A stretch of 64,000 nt of DNA. It comes from Pseudomonadota bacterium (lineage in GTDB: Bacteria; Pseudomonadota; Alphaproteobacteria; Rhodobacterales; Rhodobacteraceae). The stretch spans positions 9,159 through 73,158 of the forward strand of contig JBCBAT010000016.1 of NCBI GenBank assembly GCA_038532355.1, read 5' to 3'. The position numbers were made by a program, and so were the translations under genes. Under the pieces are notes generated by a model, which was not told the origin of the DNA, searched no databases, and saw nothing but the letters and a program-made list of their open reading frames with translations. Shown piece by piece: positions 45,349 to 54,609 of this stretch. Positions within the stretch are counted from its first letter, which is position 1. Every line of letters begins with the position of its first letter.

Positions 45349-45630
45349 GTGAGTCGGCCTTTTGTGGTGAATTGTGACAAGACTTAGGCATCCCACGGCC
45401 CGGCGCAATCGCACCAAACCGCGTCTGACCTGTGCAAAAATCGTGTAATGGCCGGAATTTCAAGGGGTTGTCTGCGCCTGAGAAACAATCCCGCCAAATT
45501 TTTGTTGAGAATGCGCCACCTTTCTGACACGTTCTGCCAGTGGGGGCGCCACGGTTAACTTCGCGGCGCAAATGGCAGAATGCTAACAGCGCTTTATTGA
45601 GTGACCGTCCTAAAATGGGACGTTTGTTGT

Positions 45631-46317
45631 ATGTTTTTCCCCCGCTTTCTGAAGCTTGCCCTTGCCTGTGTGGTCCTCGCCGGTTGTGGCGAAAGTGTTT
45701 CCCGCGATTTTCCCTCTCGCATCCTTGTTGTCGGTGACTCCATGCTTGCCAAAGGCCGCATCAATGATGCCGCCGTCTCTGACGTGATTGAACAGTCGCT
45801 GCGCGAAACCGTGGTGGATCGGTCGACCATCGGCGCGCGGTTCCAATACGCGCTGCCCATTTCCGGGGCGGCTGGCATGAACATCACCAAGCAATATGTC
45901 GACGGGGATTGGGACTGGATCGTGGTGAATGGGGGCGGCAATGACCTGTGGATGGGCTGTGGCTGCATGCTGTGTGACGCGAAGATCGACCGCCTGATTT
46001 CCGCCGATGGCATGAAGGGCACGATCCCCGGCTTCCTCAGCGAAATGCGCCAAACCGGTGCGAAAGTGATCTACGTGGGCTACATGCGCAGCCCCGGCCT
46101 TGCGTCCCCCATTGAGCATTGCCGCGATGAAGGGGCCGAACTGGAAGGCCGCATCGCCGCACTGGCCAAAAAGGATGCGGGCCTCATCTACCTGTCGCTT
46201 GAGGATCTGGTGCCCCATGGCGATGGCTCCTACCACATGGTCGATATGATCCACCCGTCGCAGAAAGGGTCCCGCGCCATTGGTCAGATCATCGCCAGCG
46301 TGATCGGCGGCGCGTAA
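45631..46317 (+). CDS. SGNH/GDSL-family hydrolase, predicted lipoprotein
   Basis: Lipobox VLAGC, VVGDSML, NGGGNDL, DMIHPS. Confidence 0.88.
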   Translation: MFFPRFLKLALACVVLAGCGESVSRDFPSRILVVGDSMLAKGRINDAAVSDVIEQSLRETVVDRSTIGARFQYALPISGAAGMNITKQYVDGDWDWIVVNGGGNDLWMGCGCMLCDAKIDRLISADGMKGTIPGFLSEMRQTGAKVIYVGYMRSPGLASPIEHCRDEGAELEGRIAALAKKDAGLIYLSLEDLVPHGDGSYHMVDMIHPSQKGSRAIGQIIASVIGGA

Positions 46318-46399
46318 CGCTTGAACACCTTGCGCATGTCCGGGAAGCTCAAAACCGGTTCGCACTTTTGAGCGACATGCGTCCCAAGACTATGCAGCG

Positions 46400-46433
46400 A
46401 AAAGCGCGTCGGTGAGAGCCGGCGCGTTTTTTT
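46400..46433 (+). terminator. Rho-independent terminator
   Basis: GCGCGTCGG-TGAGAG-CCGGCGCG followed by T7. Confidence 0.8.
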
Positions 46434-46460
46434 CATCAGCAGCGCGTGTTAGAAGGCCCC

Positions 46461-47534
46461 ATGTTGAAGGACATCCGCATCATCGAATTCGAAGGCTTGG
46501 GCCCCGCACCCTTCGCGGGCATGTTGCTCGCTGATCTGGGCGCGGAGGTGATCGTGGTGCACCGCCCCGGATCAGACGCCGCGCCATCCGTCCTCGACCG
46601 AGGCAAACGTTCCATCATCCTCGACCTCAAAGATACCGCCGACCTGGAGACCGCCCGCGCCCTTGTGGCCAGCGCAGATGGCCTCATCGAGGGCCTGCGC
46701 CCCGGCGTGATGGAACGCCTAGGCCTCGGGCCGGAACCCTGCCTCGCGGCCAATCCCAAACTGGTCTATGGCCGCATGACCGGCTGGGGCCAAACCGGCC
46801 CGCGCGCGCACACCGCGGGCCATGACCTTGCCTATATTGGCCTCAGCGGCGCGCTTTGGTATGCAGGCGCCCCCGGCACGCCGCCTATGACTCCAGCAAC
46901 TCTGGTGGGCGATATCGGCGGCGGGGCGATGTATCTGGTGGCGGGGATGCTCGCGGGGTTTCTCAAGGCTGCGAAAACCGGCACAGGCACGGTGGTCGAC
47001 GCCGCCATTGTCGACGGCTCCGCCCACATGATGTCCCTGCTGATGTCCATGGCGGCAAACGGTACGATGCAGGAACCCCGCGCCCGCAGCCTGCTCGACG
47101 GCCCCCACTGGTGCCGCAGTTATGCGTGCGCCGATGGACTATGGCTCACCGTGCAAAGCCTTGAGCCGCAATTTTACGCCATCTTTCTTGACCGGATGGG
47201 CCTGACCCCGGACCCTGATTTCGCCAGCCAATACGACCCCGATCTATGGCCTGCCCAATCTGAAACCCTCATCCAGATTTTCGCCAGCCACCCACGCGCC
47301 CATTGGCTGGCACTCTTGGACGGTACAGACGCTTGCGTGGCCCCAGTCCTTTCCCCATGGGAGGCCGCGCGCGACCCCCACATGGCCCACCGCGCCATCT
47401 GGCAAACCGTAGACGGCCGCCTCCAACCCGCCCCTGCCCCGCGCTTTGACGGCAAAGCACCACAACCCGCTGCCCCATCACCGCGCGGCGCAGACGGAAA
47501 GGCCATCCGCGCGGAATTGGACAGCCGGCACTGA
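46461..47534 (+). CDS. CaiB/BaiF family III CoA-transferase (alpha-methylacyl-CoA racemase-like)
   Basis: GLGPAPFAGMLLADLGAEV, RGKRSI.LDLK, EGLRPGVMERLGLG, AGHDLAY, GDIGGG. Confidence 0.92.
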   Translation: MLKDIRIIEFEGLGPAPFAGMLLADLGAEVIVVHRPGSDAAPSVLDRGKRSIILDLKDTADLETARALVASADGLIEGLRPGVMERLGLGPEPCLAANPKLVYGRMTGWGQTGPRAHTAGHDLAYIGLSGALWYAGAPGTPPMTPATLVGDIGGGAMYLVAGMLAGFLKAAKTGTGTVVDAAIVDGSAHMMSLLMSMAANGTMQEPRARSLLDGPHWCRSYACADGLWLTVQSLEPQFYAIFLDRMGLTPDPDFASQYDPDLWPAQSETLIQIFASHPRAHWLALLDGTDACVAPVLSPWEAARDPHMAHRAIWQTVDGRLQPAPAPRFDGKAPQPAAPSPRGADGKAIRAELDSRH

Positions 47535-47568
47535 TCCTCAAAAATCCCGCCTGCCGAACGCCCGGTCT

Positions 47569-47680
47569 TTGAGTATTTTTTTGCCCAAAAGAAGGGCCAG
47601 TCTGCTGCTTCTTTTGGGCCTGAAGTACTCCGGGGGGAGCGGCGAAGCCTGAAGGCTTCGACGTGGGGGGCAGCGCCCCC
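47569..47680 (-). repeat. REP-like family B, full compound copy (inverted)
   Basis: Reverse complement reads GGGGGCGCTGCCCCC...CTCCCCCCGGAGTACTTCAGGCCCAAAAGAAG...CTTCTTTTGGGCAAAAAAATACTCAA, matching 54482-54579. Confidence 0.85.
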
Positions 47681-47769
47681 GATCAACGCTCCATCACAGC
47701 CAGACCTTGTTGCCCTCTTTCGATCCAAGCTATAGCGTTGACCGCAATTGCGCACATGAAGGCCCCTCC

Positions 47770-48324
47770 ATGCAGATCGAAGAAACCAACCTCCCCGGCG
47801 TGCTGATCCTGACCCCGGCGCGTTTCGGTGATGCGCGCGGGTTTTTCTGTGAAAGCTGGAACCGGGCGCGGATGGAGGCGCACGGCATCGACCTCGATTT
47901 CGTGCAGGACAACCATTCCGTCTCCGCCGAAGTGGGCACCCTACGCGGCCTGCATTACCAATCCCCGCCCCACGGCCAGGACAAACTGGTCCGCTGCGGT
48001 CAAGGCGCGCTTTTTGACGTGGCCGTCGACATCCGCCGCGGCTCGCCCACCTATGGCCACTGGACGGGGGTGGAACTGACCGCTGAGAATGGCAAGCAGC
48101 TTCTGGTGCCCAAGGGCTTCCTGCATGGCTTTGTCACGCGGGAGCCGAACACCGAGGTGCTTTACAAATGCACCGACTACTACGCGCCCGAGGCCGATGG
48201 CGGCGTCCATTGGGACAGCTGCAGCGTGGAGTGGGGCCTTGACGGTGCGCCGATCCTGTCGGCCAAAGACACCGATGCGCCGCCTTTTGCCGACCTGGAC
48301 AGCCCGTTTACCTTTGAGGGCTGA
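47770..48324 (+). CDS. rfbC: dTDP-4-dehydrorhamnose 3,5-epimerase
   Basis: FGDARGFF, FVQDNHS, LRGLHYQ, DKLVRC, FDVAVDIRRGSPTYG, GFLHGF. Confidence 0.95.
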   Translation: MQIEETNLPGVLILTPARFGDARGFFCESWNRARMEAHGIDLDFVQDNHSVSAEVGTLRGLHYQSPPHGQDKLVRCGQGALFDVAVDIRRGSPTYGHWTGVELTAENGKQLLVPKGFLHGFVTREPNTEVLYKCTDYYAPEADGGVHWDSCSVEWGLDGAPILSAKDTDAPPFADLDSPFTFEG

Positions 48325-48333
48325 CCAGTCGCG

Positions 48334-48374
48334 TACCGACGTGATACCGACGCATTACCGACGTCATACCGACG
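48334..48374. repeat. Four TACCGACG octamers with exact 11-bp period
   Basis: Copies at 48334, 48345, 48356 and 48367; spacers TGA, CAT, TCA. Confidence 0.9.
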
Positions 48375-48415
48375 CGGAAATCCCGGACAATCCGGCCGTT
48401 AACCTTTTGTGCCGG

Positions 48416-49780
48416 TCAGGCCGCTTCAAACGCGTGCTGTGACAGCGCCTCAAGCCCCTCACCCACCGCATTGATCACCACGTCCACCTGATCCCGCTCA
48501 ATGATCAGCGGCGGGCAAAACGCCATGGCGTCAATCATGGGGCGGGAAATCACACCGCGCGCGTAAAGCTCTTTGCCCATCGCCGCGCCCATCGCGCCGG
48601 GTTTCACTTCAATCTCCGGGTGATGCAGTTGCAGCGCCGCGATCAGCCCCACGCCGCGCGTCTCCCCCACGAAGGGATGATCGTCGAATTTCGCCAGCTT
48701 TTGCCGGAAGTAAGCGCCCGTCTCAGCCGCCTTTTCCACCAAGCCACGCTCTTCAATAATGGCGATGTTTTCCAACGCCACAGCCGCGCCAACAGGGTGC
48801 CCCGCGCCGGTGAACCCGTGGCCCAAAACACCAATGCGACCGCTTTCTTCGGCAATCGGTTCATAGAAGCGGTCATTCACCAGAATGGCGGAAAACGGCA
48901 CGTAGCTCGACGTGATTTGTTTTGACAAAACAATGACATCCGGCGTCAGATCATAGGTCTGCGACCCAAACATATTGCCCGTCCGCCCGAACCCGTTGAT
49001 CACCTCATCGGCCACGAAAATGATGTCATACTTGGCCAGCACCGCCTGCACCTTTTCCCAATAGGTCTCGGGCGGCACGACCACGCCGCCAGCGCCCATC
49101 ACAGGCTCGGCAAAGAAGGCCGCGATGGTATCCGGGCCTTCCTCCTGGATCATCCGATCCAGATCTTCAGCACAGCGCGTCGCGAATTCTTCTTCCGTTT
49201 CATCCTCCTGCCCCTCCTTCCAGTAATGCGGGCAAGTCGTGTGCAGCACGCCATCAATCGGCAGATCAAAGGAGGTATGGTTATAGGGCAATCCGGTCAG
49301 CGAGGCCGACGCTATCGTCACCCCATGGTAGCCCCGGATGCGCGAGATGAATTTCTTCTTCTGCGGCATCCCCATCGCGTTCGACCGATACCACAGCATT
49401 TTCATCACCGTATCATTGGCCTCCGACCCCGAGTTGGTGAAAAACGCCTTCGACATCGGCACCGGGGCCATGCTCACTAGCTTCTCCGCAAGATCAATCA
49501 CCGCCGGATGCGCGCGGTGGGCAAAGTTATGATAATACGCCATTTTTTCCATCTGCGCGGTGGCAGCGTTGATCAAACGCTTCTCCCCAAACCCTACGGC
49601 GACCGACCACAACCCCGCCATCGCCTCGATGTAGCGTTTGCCTTGGTTGTCGAAGACATACACCCCTTCCGCGTTCTCCATGATCTGCGGACCATGGTCG
49701 GCATGGGCCATCGCATTCGTGTAGGAATGGAAGTGGTAGGCGATGTCGCGGGCTTCAGCGGAATTCGGTGCAAGGGTCAT
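48416..49780 (-). CDS. Class III PLP aminotransferase (omega-amine/polyamine:pyruvate type)
   Basis: GLWSVAVG, FTNSGSEAND, RGYHGVT, FAEPVMGAGG, ADEVINGFGRTG, LSKQITS; AAGGA RBS before ATG 49780. Confidence 0.92.
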   Translation of the reverse strand: MTLAPNSAEARDIAYHFHSYTNAMAHADHGPQIMENAEGVYVFDNQGKRYIEAMAGLWSVAVGFGEKRLINAATAQMEKMAYYHNFAHRAHPAVIDLAEKLVSMAPVPMSKAFFTNSGSEANDTVMKMLWYRSNAMGMPQKKKFISRIRGYHGVTIASASLTGLPYNHTSFDLPIDGVLHTTCPHYWKEGQEDETEEEFATRCAEDLDRMIQEEGPDTIAAFFAEPVMGAGGVVVPPETYWEKVQAVLAKYDIIFVADEVINGFGRTGNMFGSQTYDLTPDVIVLSKQITSSYVPFSAILVNDRFYEPIAEESGRIGVLGHGFTGAGHPVGAAVALENIAIIEERGLVEKAAETGAYFRQKLAKFDDHPFVGETRGVGLIAALQLHHPEIEVKPGAMGAAMGKELYARGVISRPMIDAMAFCPPLIIERDQVDVVINAVGEGLEALSQHAFEAA

Positions 49781-49891
49781 GGCGCTGTCCTTTCGGAATA
49801 GGTTCCTCGCAAGCTTGCCTGCAGCCAAGCTTGAGGTCAATTGCATCCACGCCTTCATTGATTGCTTACGCCCGCGACATAGGTGTGGGCC

Positions 49892-51205
49892 ATGAGCAGT
49901 TCAAAACCCGTTCCGATCCCGCAATCCCGCCTTGCCCGCGCCACGCGCATGGGCACGATGACCGCCGGTGTGGCGGGCAATATGGCGTTGAACGGTCTGA
50001 TGCAGCTGGGCCGAGGCCAACAACCCAACACACGCGATCTGTTGCTGACCCCCGGCAATATCCGCCGCATCGCCGATCAACTGGCGCGCATGCGCGGGGC
50101 AGCGATGAAGATCGGGCAGCTCATGTCGATGGACACGGGCGAGATGCTGCCGCCAGAGCTTGCTGACATTATGGCGCGGCTACGCGCGGATGCAGATTTC
50201 ATGCCGCCTAAGCAGTTGCAATCTGTCCTGAACTCGGCGTGGGGGGACGGCTGGCGCAAGCAGTTCGCCAGCTTTGACGTGCGCCCCATGGCCGCCGCTT
50301 CCATTGGTCAGGTGCATCGCGCGACGCTACCCGACGGGCGCGATCTGGCGATCAAGGTGCAGTACCCCGGCGTGGCGCGCAGCATCGACAGTGACGTCAC
50401 GAATGTGGGACGGCTCATTCATCTGTCTGGCCTTGCGCCGCAGGGATTTGACCTTGCGCCTTACCTCGATGAGGCCCGCGCACAGCTACACCAAGAGGCT
50501 GATTATGAAAGAGAATCCCGCTATCTGACGCGTTTTCATGAGCTGATGAAAGGGGAGGAAGACTTCCTCGTCCCCACCATGGTGCCGGAACTGACAACGC
50601 AGACCGTGCTTGCCATGACCTACATTCCCGGCGTGAATGTGGAAGAACTGGCCGAGGCCGATCAAGCAACCCGCGACCGCGCCGCGAGCCGCCTTATCGC
50701 GCTCATGCTGCGAGAGCTGTTCACCTTCCGACTGATGCAAACCGACCCCAATTTTGCCAACTACCGCTACAACGCGGAGACAGGTCAGATCGTGCTGCTC
50801 GATTTCGGCGCGGCGCGGGATCTGGATGAGGATATCATTGCCCGCTACCGCGCGGTCTTTGCCGCCGGGTTGACGGGTGATCCGCGAGAAGTGGAAGAGG
50901 CGGCCGAGCGGATGGGCATCATCACGCCGGAGACCGAAGAGCCCTTTCGCAGCCTTATCCTTGAGATGAATGACACCGTCTTTGACCACGTCCGACGCGC
51001 CGATGTGATGGATTTCGCCACCTCCACCCTGTCCGCGGAAATGAACGGCAAGGGACGTGTGTTGGCCGAAAGCAAATACGTCCCGCCGCCCCTGCCGATG
51101 GACCTGCTGTTCATTCAACGCAAGGTCGCGGGCATGTTCCTTCTGGCCACGCGCCTCAAGGCCCGCGTGCCTGTGCGAGCGTTGATTGAAGAGGCGTTGG
51201 CCTAA
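49892..51205 (+). CDS. ABC1/UbiB/AarF family atypical kinase
   Basis: MRGAAMKIGQ, AAASIGQVH, AIKVQYPG, QTDPNFANY, LLDFG. Confidence 0.92.
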   Translation: MSSSKPVPIPQSRLARATRMGTMTAGVAGNMALNGLMQLGRGQQPNTRDLLLTPGNIRRIADQLARMRGAAMKIGQLMSMDTGEMLPPELADIMARLRADADFMPPKQLQSVLNSAWGDGWRKQFASFDVRPMAAASIGQVHRATLPDGRDLAIKVQYPGVARSIDSDVTNVGRLIHLSGLAPQGFDLAPYLDEARAQLHQEADYERESRYLTRFHELMKGEEDFLVPTMVPELTTQTVLAMTYIPGVNVEELAEADQATRDRAASRLIALMLRELFTFRLMQTDPNFANYRYNAETGQIVLLDFGAARDLDEDIIARYRAVFAAGLTGDPREVEEAAERMGIITPETEEPFRSLILEMNDTVFDHVRRADVMDFATSTLSAEMNGKGRVLAESKYVPPPLPMDLLFIQRKVAGMFLLATRLKARVPVRALIEEALA

Positions 51206-51283
51206 CGCCGGTTTGACCTGAACGCGCAATCGTGACGCAACACAGGCTTTTCCTGCCCGCGCGAGGCGGGTAAGCCTGATCTC

Positions 51284-53392
51284 ATGCAAACCGAATTGCC
51301 TTTCACTCGCGATCTTGTCCTTGTCGGCGGCGGTCATACCCATGCGCTGGTTCTGCACAAATGGGCGATGAACCCGCTGCCGGGTGCGCGGGTGACGCTG
51401 ATCAACCCAGGGCCGACAGCGCCTTATTCGGGCATGCTGCCGGGCTTCGTGGCTGGGCATTACACGCGGCAGGAGCTGGACATCGATCTGGTGCAATTGG
51501 CCCGCAAGGCAGGTGCGCGGCTGGTGATGGGATATGCGCATGGGATCGATGCAGACGCGCGGATGATACAGGTGACCGGCGCACCGGATGTGGCCTTTGA
51601 CGTGGCCGCCATAGACGTGGGCATCACATCCGCCATGCCCAACCTGCCGGGGTTTGCCGAACATGGTGTTCCCGCCAAACCGCTGGGTCGGTTTGCCGAG
51701 ATGTGGGAGGCCTATGCAGAACAGTCTGGTCCCGCCCATGTGGCCGTGCTGGGCAGCGGTGTGGCAGGCGCGGAATTGGCGCTGGCCATGGCGCACCGGC
51801 TGCGGACGCTCGGGCGCGATGCGACCATCCATGTGATTGATCGCAGCAACGCATTTACCGCAATTGGGCCGCGCGCCGCCAAACACCTGCGCGCGGCATT
51901 CAAGCGCTACAAGATCACGTTGATCGAAGGCGCGACCCCTGTGGCGATCACGAAGACCGGCGTGACGTTGGAGGACGGCACGGAGATTGAGGCCGATTTC
52001 GTCACCGGGGCGGCTGGCGCCAAACCCCATGACTGGTTGGCGGCCACGGGCCTGACGAATGGCGCAGGCTTCATCCCCGTCGACACCCGCCTGCGCAGCC
52101 CGGTCCATAGCATTTTTGCGGTGGGCGATTGCGCTGACATGACGGCCTCGCCAAGATCCAAGGCCGGGGTTTTTGCCGTGCGGCAAGCGCCTGTTCTTTT
52201 TGACAACCTGCGCGCGGCGCTCTCCACCGGGACGGGGCTGCGGGAATATGTGCCGCAGAAGGATTACCTCAAACTCATCTCTTTAGGCGAAAAATCCGCC
52301 TTGGCGGAACGATTTGGGGTGACGCTTGCGGGGCCTCTGCTGTGGCGCTGGAAGGATCAGATCGACACCAAATTTATGACGCAATTTCAGGGGTCTATGA
52401 AGGCCACCGCCCCTGCCCTGCCTTGGCCGCGCGCCAAGGGGGCGAGCCCTGAAAAACCCCTTTGCGGCGGTTGCGGGGCGAAGATCGGCATGCCTGCGCT
52501 GGCAGGTGCCTTGGGGCGTGACGGGTCCGTTGGCGACGATGCGGGTATATTGACCCGCAATCAGGTGATCAGCACCGATCATCTGCGTGCGATGGTGCTG
52601 GATCCGGTCACGCTGACGCGCATTGCGGCGGTGCATGCCTTGGGCGATGTCTGGGCCATGGGGGCCACGCCGCAAGCCGCGCTGACATCGGTGATCCTGC
52701 CCCAGCAATCCCCGCAACTGGCCGAACGGGCGCTGGCGGAAATTCATGCGGCGGCCCGTGACGTGATGGAGGAGGCAGGCGCGGAGATTGTGGGCGGGCA
52801 TTCCACGATAGGCGCGGAGATGACCATCGGATTCACGGTCACGGGCCTGCGCAAATCGAAACCCATCACGCTGGAGGGTGCGCGCCCGGGCGATGACCTG
52901 GTTCTGACCAAACCCATCGGCAGCGGCGTTCTTATGGCCGCCGAGATGATGGCCGAGGCCCGAGGCGCAGATGTCAGCGCGGCGCTGCGCTGGATGGTCC
53001 AGCCTCAGGGTGTCGCCGCGCGCCACCTTGCCGCCGCCCATGCGATGACGGATGTCACTGGATTTGGCCTCATGGGGCATCTGATGAATATGGCGCAAGC
53101 CTCGGGCGTGGGGGCAGAGGTGACGCTGGACGCTGTACCGCTGATGGGTGGCGCGCTGGCGCTGTCATCGCGCGGGGTGCGGTCGAGCCTTTATGCGCAG
53201 AACCGTGCGGGGTTTGATCATATCCCCGATACCGACCATCATGCGCTGCTTTTCGATCCGCAGACCGGGGGCGGGTTGTTGGCTGCGATCCCGGATGGTG
53301 CGCGCATCGTCGACGCCCTGCGCGGCGACGGGTTCGAGGCGGCGATCATAGGGCATATCACCGACAGCGCGGGTCAGATCGAAATTATCTGA
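51284..53392 (+). CDS. selD: Selenophosphate synthetase fused to an N-terminal NADH-dehydrogenase-like FAD domain
   Basis: N-terminal LVLVGGGHTH and FAVGDCA; C-terminal CGGCGAK, GDDAG, HALGDVWAMG, LTKPIGSG, TDVTGFGL, DPQTGGGLL. Confidence 0.92.
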   Translation: MQTELPFTRDLVLVGGGHTHALVLHKWAMNPLPGARVTLINPGPTAPYSGMLPGFVAGHYTRQELDIDLVQLARKAGARLVMGYAHGIDADARMIQVTGAPDVAFDVAAIDVGITSAMPNLPGFAEHGVPAKPLGRFAEMWEAYAEQSGPAHVAVLGSGVAGAELALAMAHRLRTLGRDATIHVIDRSNAFTAIGPRAAKHLRAAFKRYKITLIEGATPVAITKTGVTLEDGTEIEADFVTGAAGAKPHDWLAATGLTNGAGFIPVDTRLRSPVHSIFAVGDCADMTASPRSKAGVFAVRQAPVLFDNLRAALSTGTGLREYVPQKDYLKLISLGEKSALAERFGVTLAGPLLWRWKDQIDTKFMTQFQGSMKATAPALPWPRAKGASPEKPLCGGCGAKIGMPALAGALGRDGSVGDDAGILTRNQVISTDHLRAMVLDPVTLTRIAAVHALGDVWAMGATPQAALTSVILPQQSPQLAERALAEIHAAARDVMEEAGAEIVGGHSTIGAEMTIGFTVTGLRKSKPITLEGARPGDDLVLTKPIGSGVLMAAEMMAEARGADVSAALRWMVQPQGVAARHLAAAHAMTDVTGFGLMGHLMNMAQASGVGAEVTLDAVPLMGGALALSSRGVRSSLYAQNRAGFDHIPDTDHHALLFDPQTGGGLLAAIPDGARIVDALRGDGFEAAIIGHITDSAGQIEII

Positions 53393-54429
53393 AGCGCCGC
53401 TTTGACATCTTGTGCCACCGCAACCAACGCCTCTGGCGTGAGATCCTGAGCGGTGACACGCGCGGCAATCCGCGCTTCCTTGTCTTTCACAGAACTGGCA
53501 TAGGCCGGATCATAATGCTCCTCCGCCAAGGCCCGGCAGAGCGCCACGTCATCGCCTGCCTCGGACAGGGCGGCCCACCCATCGACCACCGCGTGACCCC
53601 GAAATTGCCGCAAGACATCCAGCTTTTCCATCAGCACGGCTTTGTCGGCCAGAATGTCCTTGTACGCCTCTGCCAGATACCGCGCGCGGGCCTCAAGCGG
53701 CGCTTCCAGCGCGATGATCGGGGCCGCGTTCATGGCCGCCCAAAGGGTTGGTGGCAAAAGCCGCTGCCCGATCTTGGAACTTTCAGCCTCCACCAACACG
53801 GGGCGCGTAGGATCAAGCCGGGTCAGCGCCATGGCTAGGGCAGTTTCGAAACCCTTCTGGCTGGGCTGAGGCGCGGCGCGGTCACCCAGAAGCGACCCGC
53901 GGTGATTGGCCAGCCCTTCCAGATCAAGGGTCTGCACGCCCATCCCAGCCAGCCGCGCCAGAAGATCGGTCTTCGCCGTGCCGGTATCGCCCGCCAACAG
54001 AATCAATTTGTGCGGCAGCGAATCATCATAAAGCGCGCGCACCACGAGGCGGCGGAAGGATTTGTAGCCACCTTCGATTGTGTCCGACCGCCAGCCGATT
54101 TCGCGCAGCATCCAGCCAAACGCGCCCGACCGCTGCCCCCCGCGCCAGCAATAGACCAAGGGCCGCCACCCGCCGTCGTGATGGGAAAGCGCGGTTTCGA
54201 TGTGATTTGCGGCGTTGCGAAACACCAGCGCGGCCCCGCGTTTGCGCGCGGTGAAGGGGGAGATCTGCTTGAATTCCGTCCCCACGAGCGCGCGTTCTTC
54301 GTCGTTCAGAACGGGCAGGTTGATCGCGCCGGGAACATGGTCTTCAGCAAATTCTGACGGGCTGCGCACGTCGATAATGGTGTCGAATTCCAATGCGTTG
54401 AGGTCGGACAAGGTGAGCAGGGTGATCAT
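53374..54429 (-). CDS. mnmH: tRNA 2-selenouridine(34) synthase
   Basis: Rhodanese IDVRSPSEF..YCWRGGQRS plus P-loop GDTGTAKT, LEGLANHRGSLLG, EAESSKIG. Confidence 0.95.
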   Translation of the reverse strand: MITLLTLSDLNALEFDTIIDVRSPSEFAEDHVPGAINLPVLNDEERALVGTEFKQISPFTARKRGAALVFRNAANHIETALSHHDGGWRPLVYCWRGGQRSGAFGWMLREIGWRSDTIEGGYKSFRRLVVRALYDDSLPHKLILLAGDTGTAKTDLLARLAGMGVQTLDLEGLANHRGSLLGDRAAPQPSQKGFETALAMALTRLDPTRPVLVEAESSKIGQRLLPPTLWAAMNAAPIIALEAPLEARARYLAEAYKDILADKAVLMEKLDVLRQFRGHAVVDGWAALSEAGDDVALCRALAEEHYDPAYASSVKDKEARIAARVTAQDLTPEALVAVAQDVKAALQIISI

Positions 54430-54481
54430 GGAATGTTGTGTAACGGCTTTGTCCGGGACGTGAAATGCCGCAAACCAAGAT

Positions 54482-54579
54482 GGGGGCGCTGCCCCCGCCG
54501 CGTTCCGCGTCTCCCCCGGAGTATTTTCAGCCCAAAAGAAGCGGGCGCGTCAGGCTTCTTTCTGGCCATAAATACTCAA
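54482..54579 (+). repeat. REP-like family B, full compound copy
   Basis: GGGGGCGCTGCCCCC hairpin plus CTCCCCCGGAGTATTTTCAGCCCAAAAGAAG...CTTCTTTCTGGCCATAAATACTCAA. Confidence 0.85.
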
Positions 54580-54609
54580 ATCCGATCGCGCGACATGCGC
54601 GGGACAAAA

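Noticed and set aside
48334-48374. CRISPR interpretation of the octamer array or of the dispersed repeats
   Set aside because: Repeats of 8 bp with 3-nt spacers are far too short, the other repeats are dispersed, and no cas genes are present.
49810-49833. CAAGCTTG-N8-CAAGCTTG upstream of the aminotransferase
   Set aside because: Single occurrence, no matching known motif or adjacent regulator; not enough to call a site.
50486-52186. 566-aa minus-strand ORF spanning the ABC1 kinase and selD
   Set aside because: Antisense to two motif-supported genes, crosses their intergenic gap, and has no domain signature.
52440-52500. Selenocysteine in SelD
   Set aside because: The active-site region reads TGC GGC GGT TGC (Cys-Gly-Gly-Cys); there is no in-frame TGA.
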